DNA of 23,421 nucleotides, taken from Candidatus Hydrogenedentota bacterium. GTDB lineage: Bacteria; Hydrogenedentota; Hydrogenedentia; Hydrogenedentales; SLHB01. The first letter of the stretch is position 1. Every line of letters starts with the position of its first letter. The stretch spans positions 1-23,421 of the forward strand of contig JAWXCN010000162.1 in assembly GCA_034408725.1 (NCBI GenBank), given 5' to 3'. Under the pieces are notes generated by a model that saw only the letters and a list, made by a program, of their open reading frames with translations, did not search any database and had not been told where the DNA came from. Both the position numbers and the translations under genes were made by a program. Shown piece after piece: positions 1-9,212 of the stretch.

Positions 1-372
1 GCAAATGAATGCGTTGATCGCCAGCGCGTCCTGCGTGGCAAAAAACAGGAACGGGGCATTCAACGGTTGAAAAACGCCGACCCGGGAATCGGCCAGCAAC
101 GGTATGCCGCAAAGCTGCCTCGAATTCCACAAAGGCAGTTCGCCCTGTTGAAGCCGGCCAAACGCATGGTGATAGAGCGGATATGTTACGTGATACACGC
201 CCGCATTCGCGTAAGATTCGCCGATACTGCTCGACCGCGCCTGGGTTTCGCTCCAATACAGGGGCGAAAGAACGATGAACAACACCGCGATGAGAAAACA
301 CTGGGGCAACCCATAGCGATAGGCGGGTGGCGCGGGCAATTCAAGGGGTTGTGAAGTCCGAAGCCATTTCAC
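1..372 (-). CDS. YfhO-like multi-pass membrane protein (putative GT-C glycosyltransferase), N-terminal part; runs off the window's left edge
   Basis: Absent from the ORF track; translated by hand from GTG at 372 (in-frame TGA at 376-378 just upstream): MKWLRTSQPLELPAPPAYRYGLPQCFLIAVLFIVLSPLYW...YPLYHHAFGRLQQGELPLWNSRQLCGIPLLADSRVGVFQPLNAPFLFF. 'GELPLWN...G.PLLA....GVF.PLN' is the typical YfhO-like N-terminal motif following a TM helix. Frame stays open to base 1. Confidence 0.75.
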   Translation of the reverse strand, partial: MKWLRTSQPLELPAPPAYRYGLPQCFLIAVLFIVLSPLYWSETQARSSSIGESYANAGVYHVTYPLYHHAFGRLQQGELPLWNSRQLCGIPLLADSRVGVFQPLNAPFLFFATQDALAINAFIC

Positions 373-528
373 CGGTCAGGCGATCCGTGGTTTCGATTGA
401 CACACGGGCGGAAAATGCGCGCACACAGTGCTGGATGCTTCCTTTAGGGTAAGTCGCCGACAATAATGCATCGTACCATCGTGGCCAGTCGTTTCTAAAG
501 TTCCGGCATTGCGGAATCCGATTATTTC

Positions 529-557
529 TTGACCCAACCAGTCTCCGGTGGTTTAAT
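529..557 (+). promoter_or_regulatory. Putative sigma70 promoter for the first DUF1559 gene
   Basis: TTGACC (529-534), 17 bp spacer, TGgTTTAAT (extended -10, hexamer 552-557). An alternative TGgTAGAAT lies at 557-565. SD-like GAGGTG at 575-580. Confidence 0.5.
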
Positions 558-587
558 GGTAGAATTCGTTTAATGAGGTGCATACAA

Positions 588-1511
588 ATGAAACGTTCCG
601 GATTTACGCTGATTGAACTGTTGGTCGTAATCGCCATCATCGGGATTCTGGCCGCGATTTTATTGCCCGCGCTCGCCCGCGCCCGCGAAGCTGCCCGGCG
701 CGCGTCGTGCCAGAACAACCTGAAACAGATGGGTCTCGTCTTCAAAATGTATTCGGGGGAAAGCAAGGGCGGAAAACTGCCGCGGACGCATGGCGACCAG
801 GAATTCGGACCGGCAGCGAACGCAACGGGATGTGATCCCGCTTCGCTCCAGTCGCAACCGGCGTTCGCTCCCATCATGCCTGCGATTTTCCCGGAGTATC
901 TCACCGACCTGAATGTGCTGGTCTGTCCTTCCGATTCGCTGGACGCGCCAGTGGACAATCCAGTGTTGCAGATAAAGGACGACGGCAGCGGGTTGTGCGA
1001 ACACCTCGGCTATGTCACCTATGGCGATCAAAGCTACAATTATCTCGGCTATCTGTTCGATCGCTGCGACACCATCTTTCCCGAACTGACTTCCCCATTT
1101 CCCGGCCCCGCGCAATTGGTGGGGGCGGCCCTCATTTACGGAGGCGTGCTGTTTAACGACGACCAAAGCGATGACGCAATATTGGAAGACGACATCAACC
1201 TGGAAGACGTCGGAATGGCCGGTCTGGGCTATGGCAACGGCGGCGGCGATACGATTCATCGTCTGCGCGAGGGCATCGAGCGCTTCATGATTACGGACAT
1301 CAACGATCCCACGCGCACGAGTGGCGCGCAAACAACGCTTCCCATCATGTGGGACAAGCTAAGCACCAAAGTGAACGGCGGTGTTGGCTTTAACCACGTG
1401 CCGGGGGGTTGCTCGACGTTGTTCATGGATGGCCATGTCGAGTACATAAAACTGGGTGATCGCTTCCCGGCGACCACGGCTCATGCCGGGCTGAACGCGC
1501 TGTTTGAATAA
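588..1511 (+). CDS. DUF1559-family prepilin-type N-terminal cleavage/methylation protein with C-terminal H-X9-DG-type motif
   Basis: [49 protein letters not shown] (type IV prepilin site, Glu at +5); 'VLVCPSD'; C-terminal [18 protein letters not shown]. Start moved to ATG 588, which follows GAGGTG. Confidence 0.9.
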   Translation: MKRSGFTLIELLVVIAIIGILAAILLPALARAREAARRASCQNNLKQMGLVFKMYSGESKGGKLPRTHGDQEFGPAANATGCDPASLQSQPAFAPIMPAIFPEYLTDLNVLVCPSDSLDAPVDNPVLQIKDDGSGLCEHLGYVTYGDQSYNYLGYLFDRCDTIFPELTSPFPGPAQLVGAALIYGGVLFNDDQSDDAILEDDINLEDVGMAGLGYGNGGGDTIHRLREGIERFMITDINDPTRTSGAQTTLPIMWDKLSTKVNGGVGFNHVPGGCSTLFMDGHVEYIKLGDRFPATTAHAGLNALFE

Positions 1512-1530
1512 CAACGGGGTTATTGCGCCA

Positions 1531-1574
1531 TTTGGACTGCGGTGGCGAAGCGGGTAGCGTAGACACCGCTTTGG
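1531..1574. repeat. REP-like palindromic element (TTGGACTGCGG...ACCGCTTT family)
   Basis: TTTGGACTGCGGTGGCGAAGCGGGTAGCGTAGACACCGCTTTGG, with internal stem GCGGTG/CACCGC. Shares TTGGACTGCGG, GCGGGTAGC and ACCGCTTT with 19842-19872. Confidence 0.65.
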
Positions 1575-1653
1575 CTGTTTATGCCCAACAAACTACCCGA
1601 GCGATCACACGCTTGAACGCCGATAGCACAAAACTTCTGCGGTGGGAGTGTAC

Positions 1654-1680
1654 GTAGCGCCGCCATCGCCGAGGGCGGTG
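1654..1680 (+). repeat. Possible GTAG-type REP hairpin
   Basis: GTAG immediately followed by stem CGCCGCC, a 9-nt loop and GGCGGTG (one G-T pair). Only one copy in the window. Confidence 0.3.
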
Positions 1681-1731
1681 AGTCCCGGAGCGAGTGCCGT
1701 AACCCAACAACGAATCTTCGCGCATGGAATG

Positions 1732-1767
1732 AAAACTCCGGCTCCCTCACAGGTAGCCGGAGTTTTT
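1732..1767. terminator. Bidirectional intrinsic terminator between convergent DUF1559 and DUF1573 genes
   Basis: Perfect 12-bp inverted repeat AAAACTCCGGCT (1732-1743) / AGCCGGAGTTTT (1755-1766) around an 11-nt loop, with A and T tracts at both ends. Confidence 0.8.
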
Positions 1768-1844
1768 ACACCTTCGTCAATTACGGTGCGCCCGATTCCA
1801 CTTCAGATTTGCCGGTGAATCCGAATGGCTCGGAATATCAACCG

Positions 1845-3170
1845 CTACGGTCGAATCGCAACGGGAATCGCAATCGGCGCCGCGCCGGGAATTGAGGTCT
1901 CAACGACGACACGAGTATCCATCCCGGTGACGGACACTGGCGTTGCGCGGCGAACCTCGATTACGGATGTCCCGGTTGTGTCCGATGATTCCGCGGAAAC
2001 CACTGAGACTTGAATCGCGTCACTTTCGCTTCGTGCATTGACAATCGTGAGTGCGGCGCCGTTCATGGAGCGCAGTTGAACACGTTGCGTATCGTTTGCC
2101 GCATCGAGAACGACGGCGGCCGGCGTGACATCGACGTCCTGCGCAACGTGAAAATACACCGGCACACGCACGACTGGCTGGTCCACGCTCGACGTCGCGA
2201 TATACAGCGATGCACTGTGCGGACCAGCAGCTGCGTCGTCCGCGGCGTACACAAGAATCTGCGGCTGTTCGCCGGCGCTCTTCTGGATATCGGCGCGGAC
2301 CGCGCCATCCGCAAGCACGGCGCGAATTGCCGGCGCCGCGGAATCCGCGCTACCCCGCACAAGCACGCCTCCGATGCGTTCGCCGCGCGCAATGCTTGCC
2401 CGCGTCATATTGATCTCAAGGGGCGTCACCACAACGTCGCCGACGACTGCGCCGCGCACGGGAATCGACAGAGTCGTCTCTTCACTGCCGACACGGACCC
2501 GGGCAGTCACCGTTGCGCTGAAATCGCCGAGCGGTGTTATATCGGCGAGCGAAAATTTCAGGTCGATCATTTTTTGCTTGTTGCGAACAACGTTGTTCGC
2601 GGTGACCGCCAGCTCGGACCTGTCAGTCTTCACTTCCACGATCTCGATGTCCTTTTCGGGATCGCCAGGAACTATGACGACCGTGCGCCGGATGTCGGCG
2701 CCGCGCGAGCTTTGCTGCCATATCAGGCCGTTTTGCGGACGGACAATCGCGATGGCCTGGATCAGAGCGCTTACCCCGATGGTAACGGCGGACCGTTCAG
2801 GATCGTTTGTGGTTATAGCAATGACCGCATTCTGTTGTCCAATGCGATTGCCCGGATCGAATTGCACGGGCAGCTCGAGTTTACCTGCCGGCGCGATGCT
2901 AACCTGCTTGCCGCCGGGTAACTCGACTTTGCTGCATCCGCACGAAGCCTGCACCTTGAATACTTCGAGTGTCGCGTCGCCGTCGTTGAACAGGATGACT
3001 GCGCGCGTGACGGGCGCGCCGCTTCTCACCGTGCCGAAATCGAGGGTATCAGGCTCGACACGCACCTTTGGCGCGGCCTGAGCGAGAAAAGTTACAACTG
3101 CAAACATTCCGATCACGCTTGCAAAATGTGTCGCGCGACGCGCCCGGCGCGGATGTAGTTTCACGTTCAC
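1845..3170 (-). CDS. DUF1573 domain-containing exported protein with tandem Ig-like/beta-sandwich domains
   Basis: Signal peptide ending LAQA|AP; 'LDFGTV...LFNDGDATLEVFKVQASCGCS...IAPAGKLELPVQFD...AITTNDP' is the DUF1573 signature (CGC motif); further Val/Pro-rich beta-sandwich repeats follow. GGAG upstream of the GTG start. Confidence 0.8.
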   Translation of the reverse strand: MNVKLHPRRARRATHFASVIGMFAVVTFLAQAAPKVRVEPDTLDFGTVRSGAPVTRAVILFNDGDATLEVFKVQASCGCSKVELPGGKQVSIAPAGKLELPVQFDPGNRIGQQNAVIAITTNDPERSAVTIGVSALIQAIAIVRPQNGLIWQQSSRGADIRRTVVIVPGDPEKDIEIVEVKTDRSELAVTANNVVRNKQKMIDLKFSLADITPLGDFSATVTARVRVGSEETTLSIPVRGAVVGDVVVTPLEINMTRASIARGERIGGVLVRGSADSAAPAIRAVLADGAVRADIQKSAGEQPQILVYAADDAAAGPHSASLYIATSSVDQPVVRVPVYFHVAQDVDVTPAAVVLDAANDTQRVQLRSMNGAALTIVNARSESDAIQVSVVSAESSDTTGTSVIEVRRATPVSVTGMDTRVVVETSIPGAAPIAIPVAIRP

Positions 3171-3255
3171 TCTCCGGTACGTTTCATTTCATTTCACACA
3201 GCGTTACAATAGCGATCATCTCTTATGCAACGCCACGCGCGGAAGGTTTCAGACC

Positions 3256-3825
3256 ATGCCACAACCACCTATTCTACCCATCATTGATTGGAAATGCGTC
3301 TTCGACTCGGGAGCACCGTATCAAAAATGGGTCGGCGTGGCGGAGAACAGGGAACACGCCGCCGCAATGGAAGAACTGCGCCGCACGCAACAGCTTGACG
3401 CGCATGTCATGGGCCTCTTGGGCGCGCTGGCGCGGCCTGTACACGTGATCGCTATCGCGGAGGACTGGTGCGGCGACGTGGTGCGGCATGTTCCCGTGCT
3501 CGAAGCGCTCGCGGATGCCGCACCGCAATTGAAAACACGGTATATCTCGAGGGCACAATGGCCGGATGTCTTTATCCGCTTTCTCACCAACGGTGGCGAG
3601 GCAATCCCGAAGTTCATTTTTTTCAGCGATAAATTTGTCGAATGCGGAAACTGGGGACCCATGCCGGAGTCCTGCCGCACACTCATCTCGCGCGGCAAGG
3701 CCACCGGCAACCCCGGTGTCGCGCGCCAGAAAGTCTCGGCAGCGTATGCGATGGACGATACCAGGCGCGATGTCGTGGCCGAGCTGCTGCAACTTATTGA
3801 CATCGCGTTGACCGTAGCGCCGTAG
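3256..3825 (+). CDS. Thioredoxin-fold protein (Thioredoxin_9-like, WCGD active-site motif)
   Basis: VIAIAEDWCGDVVRHVP, FLTNGGEAIPKFIF (cis-Pro motif) and WGPMP match this family's pattern. Confidence 0.85.
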   Translation: MPQPPILPIIDWKCVFDSGAPYQKWVGVAENREHAAAMEELRRTQQLDAHVMGLLGALARPVHVIAIAEDWCGDVVRHVPVLEALADAAPQLKTRYISRAQWPDVFIRFLTNGGEAIPKFIFFSDKFVECGNWGPMPESCRTLISRGKATGNPGVARQKVSAAYAMDDTRRDVVAELLQLIDIALTVAP

Positions 3826-3834
3826 GAAGCGCCA

Positions 3835-4371
3835 ATGAATATGGGGATTTCAATCATGCGACGTTTACATCCAATTTCGTGGACCGTGACAACGCTGGCG
3901 CTGAGCGTGGTTTGCAGCGTATCTGTCACCTGGCTGGCCCAATCGCGTGTCGCGCACGCGGCAGCGCCGGTAGTCGAGGCGTCGGAGTTCAGGTTGGTGG
4001 ATGAGTCCGGCACGGTGCGCGGGCGCATGACCACCGATCAGGATGGCGCGGTGTGGTTGCAGTTGGCCGACAAAGCGGGAAAACCGCGCGTAATGCAAGG
4101 CGTCATGGCGGACGGCACCGCGATGGTGAATTTGCGCGATGACGCCGGCAACCCACGGGTGTTCCTTCAGGTCAGCGGCAATGAATCGTTGCTGAGCATG
4201 CGCGACAGCAATCAGAAGGGGCGGCTCTATATTCAGGTGAACGAGGACAATCCGCTCATAAACCTCCGCGATGGAAATGGAAACGGGCGCGCGTTTGTCA
4301 GCGTTGATCAGCTTGGACCGGCCGTATGGTTCAACGATGCCAACGGCAACGTTGTGTATACGCAGCGGTAG
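3835..4371 (+). CDS. Exported hypothetical protein built from six ~22-aa beta-hairpin repeats
   Basis: Hydrophobic N-terminus ending AHA|AAP; repeated LxDxxGxxR units. The start may instead be ATG 3856 (GGGGAT upstream). Lies in tight operon spacing between the thioredoxin and DUF1559 genes. Confidence 0.75.
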   Translation: MNMGISIMRRLHPISWTVTTLALSVVCSVSVTWLAQSRVAHAAAPVVEASEFRLVDESGTVRGRMTTDQDGAVWLQLADKAGKPRVMQGVMADGTAMVNLRDDAGNPRVFLQVSGNESLLSMRDSNQKGRLYIQVNEDNPLINLRDGNGNGRAFVSVDQLGPAVWFNDANGNVVYTQR

Positions 4372-4400
4372 GCGGGCGGAAACCACCAAGGGGTTGCGCC

Positions 4401-5294
4401 GTGCGATTGCGAAGCGGTTTTACGCTGATCGAATTACTGGTGGTCGTCGCGATCATCGGAATTCTGGCGGCGGTTTTGCTCCCGGCATTGGCGCGAGCGC
4501 GGGAAGCAGCACGGCGCGCATCGTGCCAAAACAATCTCAAACAGATGGGCCTCTCCCTGATAATGTATTCCGGCGAACACAAAGACAGGTTTCCTCCCCG
4601 CCAGATACACACGGTTACCGGTGAACTAAGCCGCGAAATGATGTTCAACGGGCGCGCAATGTTCCCCGAATATATTGATGATGTCAACGTAGTGTGGTGT
4701 CCAAGCTGGTCGGCCACGCCTGACCCGATCGCCCGATATGACGCGGAGAAGGGCAACAATGACGGCATCGTTCAACCGGAGGAAATTGCCCAGGAACCCT
4801 ACCACTACACCGGATGGCTAATTGTCGATGACGTGAACATTTTGGGCCCACTGCTTGGGACGGTAGGCACCGGAATCAACGGGCGCCACGAAGAGCCGGA
4901 GTTTGCGAATACGCCGTGGGGTGAACTGGCGCAGGAAAATGCCGACACCGGCGGCGCGGCAAGCGACGAGGATTTTGAGGTTTCACCGTCGTTTGCCGGG
5001 ACACAGGCGGATCAGGGCGATACCTTTCGCCGGCTGAAGGACGGCATCGAGCGTTATATGATTACGGATATAAACGATCCAACGCGTTCGTCCATGGCTT
5101 CGAGCAGCGTGCCACTCATGTGGGACCATGCGACAACCAAAGTGATCGATTTCTCGCATACGCCCGGCGGCGGAAATGTGATGTACCTCGACGGACACGC
5201 CGAGTTCGTGAAATATCCCTCGGACAGGTTTCCGTTCAGCATCGACAGCGCGCGCACACTCGGCCGGTACGGGCGCCCGTTCGACGGTTTCTAA
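4401..5294 (+). CDS. Second DUF1559-family prepilin-type protein with H-X9-DG-type motif
   Basis: GTG 4401 after [56 protein letters not shown]; 'VVWCPS'; [19 protein letters not shown]. The ORF-track start at 4326 overlaps the upstream gene and is unlikely. Confidence 0.9.
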   Translation: MRLRSGFTLIELLVVVAIIGILAAVLLPALARAREAARRASCQNNLKQMGLSLIMYSGEHKDRFPPRQIHTVTGELSREMMFNGRAMFPEYIDDVNVVWCPSWSATPDPIARYDAEKGNNDGIVQPEEIAQEPYHYTGWLIVDDVNILGPLLGTVGTGINGRHEEPEFANTPWGELAQENADTGGAASDEDFEVSPSFAGTQADQGDTFRRLKDGIERYMITDINDPTRSSMASSSVPLMWDHATTKVIDFSHTPGGGNVMYLDGHAEFVKYPSDRFPFSIDSARTLGRYGRPFDGF

Positions 5295-5295
5295 T

Positions 5296-6699
5296 CTACA
5301 GCGCGCGCTTCGCCCGTTGCGGCGGCCACCAGACAAAGGATGCGGGGCCAATGAGCAGTTCGTGCGGCACAACTCCGAAGGCCCGGCTGTCGGGTGCATC
5401 GTCATCCGCGCCGCTCAAAATTAAATAACGCCCTTGCGGCACATTCGAATTACGTTTGATCCGCCCTGGTTTACCCTCGGAATCCGCGCGTATGCCGGTC
5501 GATGCGCCGTTGACAACAAGTAAACCGCCTTCGACGGCGATGGTGTCGGAAGGCAAGCCATGTATAACACCCATCAACGCCTCGCCCGCATAGTCGATGC
5601 CATCCGCAATGGGCACAAAATACGCCACCAACTCCCCTCGCTCGGGTTCCCGGCCCTTGCTCAACCGCTTATCTGAAAATGGACGCCTCAATCCAAATGC
5701 GAGCCGGTTGATCAACACGCGGTCGCCGCGCCGGAGTTTTCCGGAGAGCCCCTGCGATCGGACGCGCAAAGAAACCGCAAGGAATGGGCGTAAGATGAAT
5801 TCGTATCCAAGCAACAGCCCTGGTATGCCCCACAACAACGCGAGGCCCCACCAGGTGTCGGTGAATCCACTCAGGTCTTTTCGATTCTTGATCGGCCACC
5901 ATACACAGAACGCGCGGCCCAACATGTAATCTTCGGGGGCCCAGCCCCAGTACCGGCCATCGAGACTGTTAGCACTGTTGTCGCCTAGCATGAGGTAATG
6001 CCCTTCTGGAACCAACGCATATTCATCGGTTGGCAGGCATCCATACTTCATTTGAGAAAACTGATTGAATTCGAGTGCATATCGCTTCTTGGTATTTTCA
6101 ATAACATGCTCGAGATCCGGGGGATTATCCGCGCGAATGCTTTGCTCGACTGCGACCCATGACGGAAGCGCGGGAGACGTGTATTCCACAGGCGGCATGT
6201 CCGGTGGCAATTCGAGTGGTTCGCCATTGATATAGACCTTGCCATTCTCAATGTGGACCCGCTCCCCAGGCAAGCCAATTACGCGTTTAATTAAGACTTT
6301 AGGCAGCAGAAAATTCATTGCGCGGCCCCACGGCGAGTTCGCGGGTGGTTCGGGTTCGACCGTGCGAAAGACCGCGACGTCAAAACGCTCCGGATGGCCC
6401 CAGGACATGATGCGCTTCGTCGTAAAAGGTATCCGCGGCCCGAATGCGAGCTTGTTGACAAACACTCTGTCACCAACAAAAAAACCAGGATCGCCATTGA
6501 GCGTGGGCACCATCGAATCCGTGGGAATGCGGAATGGCTGAATGAAAAACCACCAGACAGTCAAGACCACCACGATCAGGCGCAACCAACTTCCACCGTT
6601 TTCCCTGGTCCACGGCCCGGTGATCACCTGAATCGCCGATGCAAACTGGCCAAAAACCGCGGCAGTGCCCGAAGGTCCGTTGTCGCGTTTACTGCCCAC
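5296..6699 (-). CDS. lepB: Signal peptidase I (S26A) with an intact N-terminal domain and a second degenerate S26 domain
   Basis: GTG at 6699 overlaps the lepA TAG (TAGTG). TM WLRLIVVVLTVWWFFI; box B PTDSMVPTL; box C GDRVFVNK; box D LIKRVIGLPGE; box E GDNSANSLDGRYWG. A hydrophobic linker and a second S26-like repeat follow. Position directly downstream of lepA is canonical. Confidence 0.9.
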   Translation of the reverse strand: MGSKRDNGPSGTAAVFGQFASAIQVITGPWTRENGGSWLRLIVVVLTVWWFFIQPFRIPTDSMVPTLNGDPGFFVGDRVFVNKLAFGPRIPFTTKRIMSWGHPERFDVAVFRTVEPEPPANSPWGRAMNFLLPKVLIKRVIGLPGERVHIENGKVYINGEPLELPPDMPPVEYTSPALPSWVAVEQSIRADNPPDLEHVIENTKKRYALEFNQFSQMKYGCLPTDEYALVPEGHYLMLGDNSANSLDGRYWGWAPEDYMLGRAFCVWWPIKNRKDLSGFTDTWWGLALLWGIPGLLLGYEFILRPFLAVSLRVRSQGLSGKLRRGDRVLINRLAFGLRRPFSDKRLSKGREPERGELVAYFVPIADGIDYAGEALMGVIHGLPSDTIAVEGGLLVVNGASTGIRADSEGKPGRIKRNSNVPQGRYLILSGADDDAPDSRAFGVVPHELLIGPASFVWWPPQRAKRAL

Positions 6700-8516
6700 T
6701 ACCGCACATCCTCGTCGCCCACCTTCAAAAGGGCCATGAATGCTTCCTGCGGCACCTCGACCGAGCCGACCTGCTTCATGCGTTTCTTGCCCTCTTTTTG
6801 TTTTTCGAGCAGTTTGCGTTTGCGCGTGATGTCGCCACCATAGCACTTCGCGGTGACGTTCTTGCGGAGCGCCGATACTGTTTCGCGCACGAGGATGCGG
6901 CTGCCGATGGCCGCCTGGATAGCGACTTCGTATTGCTGTCTTGGAATGAGTTTGCGCAATTTCGACGCAAGCTGCCGGCCCATCCACTCGGCGCGATCCT
7001 TATGCACAATCGAGGACAACGCATCGACTGGCTCGCCGTTAAGCAGAATATCGAGTTTAACGAGATCGCCCGGCCGGAAACCAATGATCTCGTATTCGAG
7101 CGAACCGTAGCCCCGGGTATAGGACTTCAACTTGTCATAAAAATCGAGCACGATTTCCGATAACGGCATCTGGTAGATCGCCAGGCACCGTTTCGCGTCG
7201 AGGTAGTCTACCTTCACGTGAATGCCGCGTTTCTTCTTGCACAGTTCAATTACCGCGCTGAGATATTCCGTCGGACTGATAATTTCCGCTTCGATATACG
7301 GTTCCTCGATCGTTTGAATGTCGTTGGGCACGGGCATCTTCGACGCGTTTTCGATAACCATGACCGTGCCGTCGTTTCTCGTCACGCGATAGGCCACGTT
7401 TGGCACGGTTGTCACCAGCGTGAGGTTAAATTCGCGTTCAAGCCGTTCCTGAATGATCTCCATGTGCAGCAGGCCCAGAAACCCAAGCCGGAAACCAAAC
7501 CCCAAGGCATCGGACGTGTCGGCGTTGTATTTGAACGAGGCATCATTGAGCTGCAGTTTTTCGAGCGCGCTGCGCAACTCTTCAAAATCGTTCGCAACGG
7601 CCGGATACATTCCGCAAAATACCACCGACTGCGGCTCTTTGTAGCCCGGTAGCGGTTCCTTCGCCGGATTGAACGTGTCGGTGACGGTATCGCCGATTTT
7701 TGTGCTTTGCAGCGTCTTGATGTTGCAAATGAGATAACCGGTTTCCCCGGCTTCGAGACTCGCGGTGGGGAGAATTTCCGGCGTGGACACCCCCAGCTCG
7801 ACGACCTCGTACTTCAGGCCGCTGAACATCATCATCACTTTTTGGCCGGGCACAATGCGGCCATCCATCACGCGAATGTAAATCACCACGCCGCGGTACG
7901 CGTCGTAACGCGCGTCAAAAATCAGCGCGCGCAATGGCGCGTCACGATCACCGCTCGGCGCGGGAATGCGTTTAATAACGGCTTCGAGCGCTTCGAGCGC
8001 GCCGGTGCCTTCCTTGCCGCTCGCGAGAATCGCGTCGCTCGCATCCAGTCCCACCACGTCTTCAATCTGGCGGCGGCAGGACTCGATGTCGGCGCTCGGC
8101 AAATCGATCTTGTTGATGACAGGAATGATTTCGAGGTTTTGCTCGATGGCCTTGTACGCGTTCGCGAGTGTCTGCGCTTCGACGCCCTGCGCCGCATCGA
8201 CGAGCAATAAGGCGCCTTCGCACGCCGCGAGGCTGCGCGAAACTTCATACGAAAAATCTACGTGACCCGGCGTGTCGATGAGGTTCAGAACGTATGCATC
8301 GCCATTTTGGGCGGTGTAGTTCAGCCGCACCGCGACGGATTTGATCGTGATCCCGCGTTCCCGCTCGATATCCATCGTGTCGAGCGTTTGCTCTTTCATC
8401 TTGCGTTCTTCGACGGCCTTCGTGACTTCGAGGAAACGGTCCGCAAGCGTGGACTTTCCGTGGTCCACGTGCGCAATGATGCAAAAATTACGAATTCTAT
8501 TGAGCGGTGCTGCCAT
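6699..8516 (-). CDS. lepA: Elongation factor 4 (LepA) GTPase
   Basis: [61 protein letters not shown] and C-terminal [28 protein letters not shown]. Confidence 0.99.
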   Translation of the reverse strand: MAAPLNRIRNFCIIAHVDHGKSTLADRFLEVTKAVEERKMKEQTLDTMDIERERGITIKSVAVRLNYTAQNGDAYVLNLIDTPGHVDFSYEVSRSLAACEGALLLVDAAQGVEAQTLANAYKAIEQNLEIIPVINKIDLPSADIESCRRQIEDVVGLDASDAILASGKEGTGALEALEAVIKRIPAPSGDRDAPLRALIFDARYDAYRGVVIYIRVMDGRIVPGQKVMMMFSGLKYEVVELGVSTPEILPTASLEAGETGYLICNIKTLQSTKIGDTVTDTFNPAKEPLPGYKEPQSVVFCGMYPAVANDFEELRSALEKLQLNDASFKYNADTSDALGFGFRLGFLGLLHMEIIQERLEREFNLTLVTTVPNVAYRVTRNDGTVMVIENASKMPVPNDIQTIEEPYIEAEIISPTEYLSAVIELCKKKRGIHVKVDYLDAKRCLAIYQMPLSEIVLDFYDKLKSYTRGYGSLEYEIIGFRPGDLVKLDILLNGEPVDALSSIVHKDRAEWMGRQLASKLRKLIPRQQYEVAIQAAIGSRILVRETVSALRKNVTAKCYGGDITRKRKLLEKQKEGKKRMKQVGSVEVPQEAFMALLKVGDEDVR

Positions 8517-8528
8517 GGTAACTCGTGT

Positions 8529-9212
8529 TTACTCGTTCCTGTTGCGGTTTCCAAACATCTGGTCTATGACGCGAAGACTGCGAAACTCGGACTCTATATG
8601 ACGCAATGTGTATCGTCGCAATGTGTCAAACGCGCCGGGCATGTCCTCCCGCGGCACGTTGCCCGGTCCGGCTCCTGCCAATCTCCGCAACGCGCCTATG
8701 TCCGCTGGGGACGTCCGCGCGCGGTCGCGTTCATCCAACGTGTCGGCGTTCTGCAAGTCCGGCTCAAACCCCGCCACGCCGAGCAGGCGCAACATTTGCC
8801 AACTTGCGTGGGTGCGGGGCGGTCCGTCCCACTGCTCGAAGTCTTTCAGGCCTTCTACCAGCGTTCGAAAGAGTTTCTGCGAGGGCTCATTTTCCTGCGC
8901 AACCTTGTACACAAACTCCAGCGGGAGCGTTGCATAGACGCTTTTCTCCAGATCAGACTTGATCGGCCGGAAATCGTCCAGCACCGTAGCTTCAGCCAGC
9001 CGCTGAACACCGCGGCCATCTTTCCAGTAGTACACCATCTCCAGCCGGTTGAACGTGTCCAGTACGCCGGCAAACGGGCTCTTCGGCCGGCCAATTCCGC
9101 TCGCGATGCAGGCTACTTTGCCGCGCGACGGTGTCAGAAACGTTACGATTCGGCTTGACTCGCTGAAATCGACGCCGCGCATCACGATAGCCTCTGACCG
9201 CTCTTGCGCCAT
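8529..9212 (-). CDS. recO: DNA repair protein RecO
   Basis: ATG 9212: MAQERSEAIVMRGVDFSESSRIVTFLTPSRGKVACIASG (RecO OB fold); 'LLGVAGFEPDL'; C-terminal 'EFRSLRVI'. Confidence 0.9.
   Translation of the reverse strand: MAQERSEAIVMRGVDFSESSRIVTFLTPSRGKVACIASGIGRPKSPFAGVLDTFNRLEMVYYWKDGRGVQRLAEATVLDDFRPIKSDLEKSVYATLPLEFVYKVAQENEPSQKLFRTLVEGLKDFEQWDGPPRTHASWQMLRLLGVAGFEPDLQNADTLDERDRARTSPADIGALRRLAGAGPGNVPREDMPGAFDTLRRYTLRHIESEFRSLRVIDQMFGNRNRNE

Noticed and set aside
67-354. 95-aa plus-strand ORF
   Set aside because: It is antisense to the YfhO-like minus-strand frame, which has recognisable family motifs.
1781-1847. Possible stop-codon readthrough extension of the DUF1573 gene toward the terminator
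   Set aside because: The short open stretch at 1781-1837 is in a different frame from the gene's TAG and has no start codon or recoding signal.
6700-6987. 96-codon N-terminal extension of LepB in the ORF track (563 aa)
   Set aside because: It lies inside the conserved lepA C-terminus in another frame; the GTG overlapping the lepA stop gives a normal coupled start.
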